The position numbers were made by a program, and so were the translations under genes. 64,000 bases of DNA from an uncultured Gemmatimonadaceae bacterium (GTDB lineage: Bacteria; Gemmatimonadota; Gemmatimonadetes; Gemmatimonadales; Gemmatimonadaceae). Location: NCBI GenBank assembly GCA_963790305.1, contig CAWBOC010000009.1, positions 672,001 to 736,000 on the forward strand, read 5' to 3'. Each line of letters opens with the position of its first letter. Position 1 is the first letter of the stretch. The notes beneath the pieces are model-generated. The model searched no databases, was not told where the DNA came from, and saw nothing but the letters and a program-made list of their open reading frames with translations. Of the stretch, positions 54,044 to 61,765 are shown piece after piece.

Positions 54044-54466
54044 ATGCGAGATATAGCTCGGTCCGCCTGGGTGCTCCTCGCAGGGGCCATTGCCGCGTGC
54101 ACTACAGAACCAGGCTGCGATATCTGCACCACGTCCGCCGTCGTCTACGGCACCGTGACGACCGACCTCGGATCTCCCATCCATGGAGCGCGCGTTCACG
54201 TCGAAGCGTTCCCCAATACCTGTGGCGGGGCGTTCGTGGCCGGGGGGTCAACGGTGCCTGTGCTCACCGCCGCTGACGGGTCCTACCGCGATCGCCCGTC
54301 TGCGATCGTTGCACCCTTCCACGCCTGCCTGCGTGTGATCGTCACGCCCCCGCCTGCCTCCGGACTGAGCCCGCGAACGGTCGACGGTGCCGAGGTAGAG
54401 TTCCTGAGTGACTACAGAGGACGAGACCGCGATAGCGTACGCGTCGATGTCTCGCTGTCACTCTAA
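54044..54466 (+). CDS. Hypothetical lipoprotein
   Basis: AIAAC lipobox; VYGTVT...GARV...TAADGSY. Confidence 0.6.
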   Translation: MRDIARSAWVLLAGAIAACTTEPGCDICTTSAVVYGTVTTDLGSPIHGARVHVEAFPNTCGGAFVAGGSTVPVLTAADGSYRDRPSAIVAPFHACLRVIVTPPPASGLSPRTVDGAEVEFLSDYRGRDRDSVRVDVSLSL

Positions 54467-54837
54467 CGCGGCACCTTTGCCAGGGTCGCCGCGACGACCG
54501 CCAGGAAATCCTTGTAGTCGAGCGGCTTCGCGACGTATCCGTCGCAGCCGGCGGCGAGAATGCGCTGCTCGTCACCTTTCATCGCCAACGCGGTGAGCGC
54601 AATGATGGGAATGTCGCTCGTCGCCTCGTCGGCTTTCAGCAAGGCCGTCGCCTGAAGTCCATCCATCCCGGGAAGCTGGATATCCATCAGGATCAGGTCG
54701 GGATGCTGCTCGCGGGCAAGCGTCAATCCTGTTTCCGCATTCGTCGCCGCCACCACCGTATAGTCGGCCGACTCGAGCAGGAACGTCGACAGCTTCATGT
54801 TCGTCGCGTTGTCCTCGACGATCAGGATCGTGGCCAT
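54463..54837 (-). CDS. Single-domain response regulator (DivK-like)
   Basis: ILIVEDN, DLILMDIQLPGMDG, ALTALAMKGD, GCDGYVAKP. Confidence 0.92.
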   Translation of the reverse strand: MATILIVEDNATNMKLSTFLLESADYTVVAATNAETGLTLAREQHPDLILMDIQLPGMDGLQATALLKADEATSDIPIIALTALAMKGDEQRILAAGCDGYVAKPLDYKDFLAVVAATLAKVPR

Positions 54838-54838
54838 G

Positions 54839-57748
54839 TCAGGCAGCCACCGCGCAGCTGGCCATCGCGCGCCGGACCTCGCCCATGAAGCGCTTTCCGT
54901 CGAAGCCCGCCTTGTCCATGATCGCGGATACGAAGCCATTCAGCCGCGCGCGGTCGGCCTCCGAGATCGCTGAGGCCGTGACCACGACGATGGGAATGAG
55001 CGCGGTGGCAAGATTTTCGTGTAACGCCTCGACCACCTCGAAGCCGTTCACTTCCGGCATCAGCAGATCGAGCACGATCAGGTCCGGCACCTCGCGCTGG
55101 GCCATGTCAATGGCCTCACGCCCGCCGTACGCGCGAAGAACTGTGTTCGCGAATCCCGCAATGCGAACCGCGATCAGCTCCACCGCCTTGGGATCGTCGT
55201 CCACGATGAGCACTTTGACCGACCGGTCCCCAGAATTGAGCGACAGGCCAAGCCCGACCAGACAGTCCGACAACTCCTGGCGCGACACCGGCGACTGCAT
55301 AACCGCGGCGGCGCCGAGGGCGAAGCCCTTCGTCGGGTCGGCGAGTATGGAGATGATCACGACCGGGACGAGCCGCATCGCGGGAATGTCCTTGAGACGC
55401 TGGAGGAACGTCCAGCCATCCATGCCGGACATCATGATGTCGAGCGTGATGAGGGCCAGAGGCTCCCGCTCGGCGATCGCTAGCGCTGCGTCCTGATTTT
55501 CGGCGTGCAGCACCTTGAAGCCCTCGGCCTCCAGCTGAACGCGAATCAGCTCGGCGGATTTGTAGTTGCTTTCCACCACCAGTGCCGACCGCGATCCACC
55601 GAGTCTCTCGACCGTTGGGGGGGCCGTCGTCTCCAGTTGGGGCCTCTCCGCGATCAGCGGCTCACGCATCGGAATCCACACGGTAAAACAGGAGCCCTTA
55701 CTGACGGCGCTCTCTACCGCCACTGCTCCGCCGTGCAGGTCCACCAGCAGCTTCACCATGGCCAATCCCAGACCCGTTCCCTCGAACTTCCGGGCCAGCC
55801 CGCTGTCGACCTGGCTGAAGGGCTTGAAGAGATGTTCGAGCCCTTCTGGGGAAATTCCGATGCCGTTGTCGCAGACGCTGACTTTGAGGAATTCCGAGAA
55901 GTCGCTCTCGACGAGTGGGAACGTCAGGCCGGGCCAGAGGCCGGGAAGGACACCGACATCGGCGCGCGACACCTTGTCGGCCGTCAGGATGACGTCGCCA
56001 CCTTCGGCGGTGAATTTGACCGCGTTGGAGAGCAGGTTGTAGACGATCTGCTTGATCTTGCGCGCATCGGCATTCATGAAGCCGAGTCGATCGGGGCCGC
56101 GCATGTCCAGTCGAACATGTCGTGCCGCCGCCTGTCCCTTGACGATCGACAGGCTGTTCCTCAGCAGCGAGGAGAGGTCCACCGGGTCGAGATCGAGCAG
56201 CATCTTCCCTGCTTCGACCTTCGACAGGTCGAGGATGTCGTTGATGAGCGAGAGCAGATGCTTGCCACTCTTGAAGATGTCGCCGATGAACCTGCGCTGC
56301 TTGTCCGTCATGTCGCCCAGCAGCCCATCGCTGAGTACTTCTGAGAACCCGATGATCGCGTTCAACGGAGTCCGAAGCTCGTGCGACATGTTGGCGAGGA
56401 ACTCCGACTTCATGCGGCTGGCGTCTTCCAGCTCGACGTTCTTCTGCTGAAGCGCTTGCTCGATGCGCTTCAGCTCCGTGACATCGCGCGCAGCAGCGAA
56501 CACGCCTTGCAGGCGGCGATCGCGATCGTGGAAGGTGGTGGCGTTGTAGGACACCACCGTCAGCGTGCCGTCCCTGGCCCGCGCGGTCAGCTCGTAGTTG
56601 GTGACTTTTCCTTCATTGAGTACACGATTGATGCCCGCTTCGGCGCGCGCGGCATCGGTGAAGTAGTTCTTGAATGGCGCGCCGATCAGCTCGTCGCGCG
56701 TGCACCCGGTCAACGCTTCCATCTGCTTGTTGACATCGGTGATGATCCCCCGCGGGTCGGTGGTCATCAGCGCATCGATGTTGCTCTCGAGCAGCGAGCG
56801 CGTGTAGAAGTGCTGATCGCGCAACCGCTGGTCGAGCTTCATGCGCTCGTCTTCGATTTGCTTGCGCGCCGTGTTGTCCGTGCCGATGAGCAGATATCCG
56901 ATGATGGCGTCGTCCACATCGCGAAGGGCCGTCACCGAGACCACGGCGGGGAACCGGCTTCCGTCCTTGCGAATGTAGGTGAGCTCGTAGATGTCTTCGA
57001 TACCGCGAGACGCCTTGAACACCAGCGCTTCGAAGCCCGGTGTGATCTCCGTTCCGAGCTCGACACTCAACGCCTTCGCGCGCGCGATGACTTCCTGTGG
57101 ATCGGAGATGTCCGCCGGGGTGATCTTGTTCATCACGTCAGCGGCGGCATATCCGAGCATACGTTCCGCGCCCACGTTGAAGATCTGGATCACGCCCGCA
57201 GCATCGGTGGCGATACTCGAGAAGTTGGCACTGTTGAAGATCGCGCTCTGGAGTGCGCCGGCCTTGAGGAGTGCCGCTTCGGCCTGCTTGCGCGCCGTGT
57301 TGTCGGTGCCGATGAGGAGGTACCCGATGATGACATCCTCCGCATCGCGCAGCGCCGTCACGGACAGGACCGCCGGGAAGCGGCTTCCGTCCTTGCGAAT
57401 GAGCGTCAGCTCATAGATGTCTTCGATGCCGCGGGATGCCTTGAAAACGAGCGCCTCGAAGCCCGGTGTGATCGTCGTTCCCAACTCGGCACTCAGCGCT
57501 TTGGCGCGCGCGATGACCTCTTGCGGATCGGAGATGTCCGCGGGCGTGATCGTATTCATCACTTCAGCGGCGGTGTAGCCGAGCATACGCTCGGCGCCGA
57601 CGTTGAAGATCTGAATGACGCCCCTGGCGTCGGTGGCGATGCTGGAGAAGTTGGCGCTATTGAAAATGGCGCTCTGTAGCGCGCCGGTCGGCAGGAGCGC
57701 TTCAGTGGGCCGAACGTCGAGACGAGTCGGGCGCTGGGCAGCGAGCAT
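54839..57748 (-). CDS. Hybrid sensor histidine kinase (3 PAS, HisKA, HATPase, 2 REC)
   Basis: FLANMSHELRTPLNAI, NLLSNAVKFT, DNGIG, GTGLGL; two receiver domains. Confidence 0.93.
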   Translation of the reverse strand: MLAAQRPTRLDVRPTEALLPTGALQSAIFNSANFSSIATDARGVIQIFNVGAERMLGYTAAEVMNTITPADISDPQEVIARAKALSAELGTTITPGFEALVFKASRGIEDIYELTLIRKDGSRFPAVLSVTALRDAEDVIIGYLLIGTDNTARKQAEAALLKAGALQSAIFNSANFSSIATDAAGVIQIFNVGAERMLGYAAADVMNKITPADISDPQEVIARAKALSVELGTEITPGFEALVFKASRGIEDIYELTYIRKDGSRFPAVVSVTALRDVDDAIIGYLLIGTDNTARKQIEDERMKLDQRLRDQHFYTRSLLESNIDALMTTDPRGIITDVNKQMEALTGCTRDELIGAPFKNYFTDAARAEAGINRVLNEGKVTNYELTARARDGTLTVVSYNATTFHDRDRRLQGVFAAARDVTELKRIEQALQQKNVELEDASRMKSEFLANMSHELRTPLNAIIGFSEVLSDGLLGDMTDKQRRFIGDIFKSGKHLLSLINDILDLSKVEAGKMLLDLDPVDLSSLLRNSLSIVKGQAAARHVRLDMRGPDRLGFMNADARKIKQIVYNLLSNAVKFTAEGGDVILTADKVSRADVGVLPGLWPGLTFPLVESDFSEFLKVSVCDNGIGISPEGLEHLFKPFSQVDSGLARKFEGTGLGLAMVKLLVDLHGGAVAVESAVSKGSCFTVWIPMREPLIAERPQLETTAPPTVERLGGSRSALVVESNYKSAELIRVQLEAEGFKVLHAENQDAALAIAEREPLALITLDIMMSGMDGWTFLQRLKDIPAMRLVPVVIISILADPTKGFALGAAAVMQSPVSRQELSDCLVGLGLSLNSGDRSVKVLIVDDDPKAVELIAVRIAGFANTVLRAYGGREAIDMAQREVPDLIVLDLLMPEVNGFEVVEALHENLATALIPIVVVTASAISEADRARLNGFVSAIMDKAGFDGKRFMGEVRRAMASCAVAA

Positions 57749-57967
57749 AGTGTCCTCGGTTCACCGTTCCCGTACTTAGCGGCTCCGACACGGGCCGCCG
57801 CGAGAATCACTCGAGGGGAAAGGCTCGGAAAGCGTGGTCAGCGGCGATGGTGCGCTGACAATAAGGCAGGGTTTCTACGGTGAAACCCTGCAAGGACTCG
57901 GCCGTGACCGGCTGCCGCCCTCGTGTTACAGTAGTCATCCCGTTCGACTTCCTGACAGGGACCGCCG

Positions 57968-58240
57968 ATGATTGCGCTACGGAATGTCAGCAAGCAATTC
58001 GCGACGGTCTGCGCCGTAGATGGGGCCTCATTCGAGGTCCGGCGAAACGAGATCTTTGCGCTGCTCGGCCCCAACGGAGCGGGAAAGACGACGCTGCTGC
58101 GGATGCTTCTCGGGCTGATTCACCCTGACGGCGGCCGCATTGAGTTCTCCGGCGACGGCGGGCGACCACCCGCTCCCCGCGAGACGGGATACGCGGCGGT
58201 GGATGGCAGAACGAGCGCGGTAGCCATGCGCCGCTGCTGA
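57968..58240 (+). pseudogene. Truncated ABC transporter ATP-binding protein
   Basis: Walker A GPNGAGKTT present; ORF ends at 90 aa without signature motif or Walker B. Confidence 0.75.
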
Positions 58241-58247
58241 GGAACTC

Positions 58248-58778
58248 GTGGCACTCGTGGTTCTGCTGAGAGGGGTCAACGTCGGAGGGCACAGAACCTT
58301 CCGACCCACAACGCTCGTGCAGCAACTGAAGCACCTCGACGCCGTCAACATCGGCGCCGCGGGCACCTTCGTGATCCGCCGGCGGGTGACCCGAGCACAA
58401 CTCCGTGACGAGTTGGCGCGCAGGCTTCCGTTCGATGCCGAGATCATGATCTGCAAGGGCCGGGAGATCGTCAGGCTGATCTCCGCCAATCACTTCGCCG
58501 ACGAGCCGGTAGGGCCGGACATCGTCCGTTTCGTAAGTGTCCTGTCCAAGCGCCCGCGCTCGGCGCCGCCTATGCCGGTGAGGTTTCCTTCCAGCGGCAA
58601 GTGGCTGCTGAAGATACTGGCGATGGAAGGCCGGTTCGTCCTCGGCCTGTATCGGCGCCACATGAAAGTCATCGGCTACCTCGGCACGCTCGACCGGCTC
58701 TTCGGAGTTCCGGCCACGACGCGCAACTGGAATACCATCACCGCGATCGCTAAAGTGTTAGGCAAGGCTTCGACCTGA
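58248..58778 (+). CDS. DUF1697 family protein
   Basis: LLRGVNVGGH and TTRNWNTI. Confidence 0.85.
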   Translation: MALVVLLRGVNVGGHRTFRPTTLVQQLKHLDAVNIGAAGTFVIRRRVTRAQLRDELARRLPFDAEIMICKGREIVRLISANHFADEPVGPDIVRFVSVLSKRPRSAPPMPVRFPSSGKWLLKILAMEGRFVLGLYRRHMKVIGYLGTLDRLFGVPATTRNWNTITAIAKVLGKAST

Positions 58779-58810
58779 TGCAGCGCGTACCTTTCAGGAG
58801 GAATTGACCG

Positions 58811-59326
58811 ATGCCCCTCGCCCGTTCACGCCTCCACGCTCGCCGCAGCGAGCTCACACGCGCGCACGGCCCGCTCAACCTGGTGCCGCTGGTCGACATT
58901 CTCACGGCGATCGTCTTCTTCAGCCTGCTGAGCGCCGTCTCCCTTCGGAGCGCGCTCGCCAGCTTCGACCTGGTCGCGCCGCCCGCGGCAACAGACCTCG
59001 CAGGCGGGACCGACGCGACGACCCTGAGCGCGGACCTCGTCGTGCGCGTCGATCATGAGCAACTCGTCGTGCGACATGGCGACCTGGAGACAGTGATCAC
59101 TCGAGCGAACGAACGCGACGAGACGGCGTTCGCCCGCCTGCGGCAGAGCCTCACAACCCTCACCCAAACTCTTGGCCGGCGCGCGGTCGTTTCCGTCGTG
59201 CCCTCGGACGACGTGTCGTACGACGACGTCGTCCGCGTGCTCGAGCAGGTACAGCACGTGGAGCCCAGGGCCGTGGCGCTCGGAGCACGCGCACGGGTGC
59301 CAGTCAGTGGGGCGTTTGCTCACTAG
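58811..59326 (+). CDS. ExbD/TolR-family protein without adjacent ExbB
   Basis: LNLVPLVDIL, SYDDVVRVLE. Confidence 0.75.
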   Translation: MPLARSRLHARRSELTRAHGPLNLVPLVDILTAIVFFSLLSAVSLRSALASFDLVAPPAATDLAGGTDATTLSADLVVRVDHEQLVVRHGDLETVITRANERDETAFARLRQSLTTLTQTLGRRAVVSVVPSDDVSYDDVVRVLEQVQHVEPRAVALGARARVPVSGAFAH

Positions 59327-59330
59327 CCAA

Positions 59331-59561
59331 ATGTCCATTCGCGACCGAGAGATGCCGACGCCGATGTATTGGAGCGTGACCGTCCTCGGATTCATATCCC
59401 TAGGCCTCGCAATCGCGACCACGGTTGCGCTCGTCCAGGACGGCGGGGGTTGGCGAATGGCCTTGCTGGCCGCCGGGCTGTACGCGGCCTCGGTTGACTT
59501 CCTTTACGCCGCCTTTGGTCCTACCGGCCACTGGCCCATCGTCCTCTGGTTCTGGCCGTAA
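59331..59561 (+). CDS. Small membrane protein
   Basis: Two hydrophobic helices. Confidence 0.45.
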   Translation: MSIRDREMPTPMYWSVTVLGFISLGLAIATTVALVQDGGGWRMALLAAGLYAASVDFLYAAFGPTGHWPIVLWFWP

Positions 59562-59761
59562 CGGGGCTCCCGACGCCGCTTATAGGGGCAGTCAGGTAGC
59601 TGTACTCGGCCGGATCGGGGCACCCCCGAGCGCGGATTGGGCTCTCCAACACGCGATTTCTGGCTTGATTGATCGCGATACCGACTAGAATTCGTGACGT
59701 AGGTGACAGCGGGAGCGCCCAGCCGCTGATATCGATCCGGACCCCAAACAGGATGTTTGTC

Positions 59762-60265
59762 ATGGCAATCTGGAAAGAGCCCACCAGCCCCAACAAGGAA
59801 TCCACGATGACGAGCCCCGAGCCCTCGGTGAAGAGAGAGCCCGATTACCCCGCAGACGTTGCTCCCTCGACGGCTCGGCGAACGGCTCCGCGTGAGGCCA
59901 GGGAGTCGATCATCTCGTCCGAGATCACCATCACCGGCAAGATCGACGGCACCGGCTCGGTTCGACTCATTGGCCGATTCGAGGGCGATGTGCACATTCA
60001 GGGCGATCTGACCGTGGACGCCGGCGCCAAGCTCACCGGCAGCGTTCGCGCCGCTTCCGTGGCGATCGGTGGAGAGATCGAGGGCAACATCGAGAGCGCC
60101 GAAAGTGTGGAGATTCTCTCCACGGGAGTCCTCAACGGCGATCTCAAGGCCGGAACACTGACGGTCGCCTCCGGCTCGCGCATGCGGGGACGCGTGGAGT
60201 TCGGCTGGGGTGACGAAGCAACCTCGAAGTCCTCGCTGACGCTGGCGAATCGTCACGCGTCGTGA
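59762..60265 (+). CDS. Bactofilin (polymer-forming cytoskeletal protein)
   Basis: SIISSEITITGKIDG.GSVRLIGRFEGDV...GEIEGNI...TGVLNGDL...GSRMRG. Confidence 0.85.
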   Translation: MAIWKEPTSPNKESTMTSPEPSVKREPDYPADVAPSTARRTAPREARESIISSEITITGKIDGTGSVRLIGRFEGDVHIQGDLTVDAGAKLTGSVRAASVAIGGEIEGNIESAESVEILSTGVLNGDLKAGTLTVASGSRMRGRVEFGWGDEATSKSSLTLANRHAS

Positions 60266-60642
60266 GCACCGTTCGGAGGACTCCGGCGGGTGCGACTCGC
60301 ACCTGCCCTCACTGCCGAGCAGTGATCCTGCAAAGCACGAGCGTGTGTCCTTCGTGCCGGAAGCACCTTCGATTCGCGGCTGCGGGTGGGGACGCCGTCG
60401 TCCCCACCTTCTCCCCCCTTCGTGTGGAAGGCTCGATTCGCCATCCGAATGCGGGGGAGGCGTGGGAATACGCGGTGATGGTGTCGATTACGAATGACCG
60501 CGGCGTCGAGGTGACGCGCCAGATCGTGGGCGTCGGGGCGATCAAGCCGGGAGAGATTCGCAACTTCACGTTCGCCGTCGAGGTGTTCGCGCCAGAAGGA
60601 GCGGCGGTGGCCGAGCCGGAGAAGAGCGCGACGCATTGGTGA
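60262..60642 (+). CDS. Zinc-ribbon hypothetical protein
   Basis: CPHC...CPSC; overlaps the bactofilin stop. Confidence 0.7.
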   Translation: MSTVRRTPAGATRTCPHCRAVILQSTSVCPSCRKHLRFAAAGGDAVVPTFSPLRVEGSIRHPNAGEAWEYAVMVSITNDRGVEVTRQIVGVGAIKPGEIRNFTFAVEVFAPEGAAVAEPEKSATHW

Positions 60643-61199
60643 CTCGCGCGACGCTCCTCGAGTCGCTTTCCTCTGAAGAACGAGATGTCGCGGAGTTCTT
60701 CCGCTCGCTGTCGCGAGAGGAATTCGTGCTTCGCGTCGCCGACGCCTGGACGCCGGCCGAGCATCTTCAGCACCTGAACATTGCGGTGAGCGCGGTGGCG
60801 CGAGGGCTTTCGATCTGGCCCTGGATCCTCCGCCTCCGGTTTGGACGAGCCCGCCGACCCTCGCGCTCGTTTGCCGAGCTGCGCGATGATTACCGCGACC
60901 GGCTCGCACGCGGAGGCCGAGCGAGCGGCCGGTTTGTCCCGCCACGAGAGGAGCTCACGCCGGAACAGATCGCCAGCCGTCAAGCGCAGCTCCTGGCTCG
61001 GTGGCAGCGGGTGAACGCGAGGCTCGTCGCGTCGCTCGAGCGCTGGACCGATCGTAACCTCGACCGCATCCGGCTTCCTCACCCCATTCTTGGGAAGATC
61101 ACGGCGCAGGAAATGGTGTTCTTCACCATTTACCATGGCCACCACCACATTGCTGCGGCAAAGGGCCGACTACCGCGTTTCAGTCAGGCAGGAGCCTAA
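60639..61199 (+). CDS. DinB-family protein
   Basis: WTPAEHLQHL, PHPILGKIT, YHGHHH. Confidence 0.8.
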   Translation: MTRATLLESLSSEERDVAEFFRSLSREEFVLRVADAWTPAEHLQHLNIAVSAVARGLSIWPWILRLRFGRARRPSRSFAELRDDYRDRLARGGRASGRFVPPREELTPEQIASRQAQLLARWQRVNARLVASLERWTDRNLDRIRLPHPILGKITAQEMVFFTIYHGHHHIAAAKGRLPRFSQAGA

Positions 61200-61759
61200 C
61201 GGTCACGCTTCAGCTCGACGGCCAGCCACGCGCGCGCCGCACGAAGCTCTCGTTTGACGGTGGCGAGCGAGACGTTCAGCGCTTCAGCCGTCTCCTCGAG
61301 CGACAGCCCGCCGAAGTACCGCTGCTCGAGGATCTTGCTGCGTCGCTCGTCGAGGGCGGCAAGCCGTTGAAGCGCCTGATCCAGCTCCATGATTGGCTCG
61401 ACGGCAACATCCGGAATCCAGGTGGCTTCGTCGAGCGGTAGCGTCGCCCCGCCGAGCCCTCGTTTCGCTGCCGTACGAGTGCGTGCGTGGTCGACCAGCA
61501 GGTGCCGCATCACGCGCGAGGCGAGGCCGAGGAAATGGCCGCGGTTCTGCACGCGCATACCCGGCGAGTCGATCAGCTTCAGATAGGCCTCGTGCACGAG
61601 CCCGGTCGTGTTGAGCGATGCGTCGGGCTCGCTGCGCAGCCGCTGTCGGGCGAGCTGCCGGAGCCGCTCATACATGAGTGGCATCAACTGATCGAGCGCG
61701 CCGGCATCGCCCTCCTCCCAGCGGCGGAGCAGCAGCGTGATGTCGGCCGGGTCGGCCAC
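61196..61759 (-). CDS. ECF sigma-70 factor (TIGR02999-like, kinase-associated)
   Basis: ITLLLRRW..GD..ALDQLMP, TTGLVHEAYLKL, MRHLLVDHAR, YFGGLSLEETA. Confidence 0.9.
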   Translation of the reverse strand: MADPADITLLLRRWEEGDAGALDQLMPLMYERLRQLARQRLRSEPDASLNTTGLVHEAYLKLIDSPGMRVQNRGHFLGLASRVMRHLLVDHARTRTAAKRGLGGATLPLDEATWIPDVAVEPIMELDQALQRLAALDERRSKILEQRYFGGLSLEETAEALNVSLATVKRELRAARAWLAVELKRDR

Positions 61760-61765
61760 GAGCTC

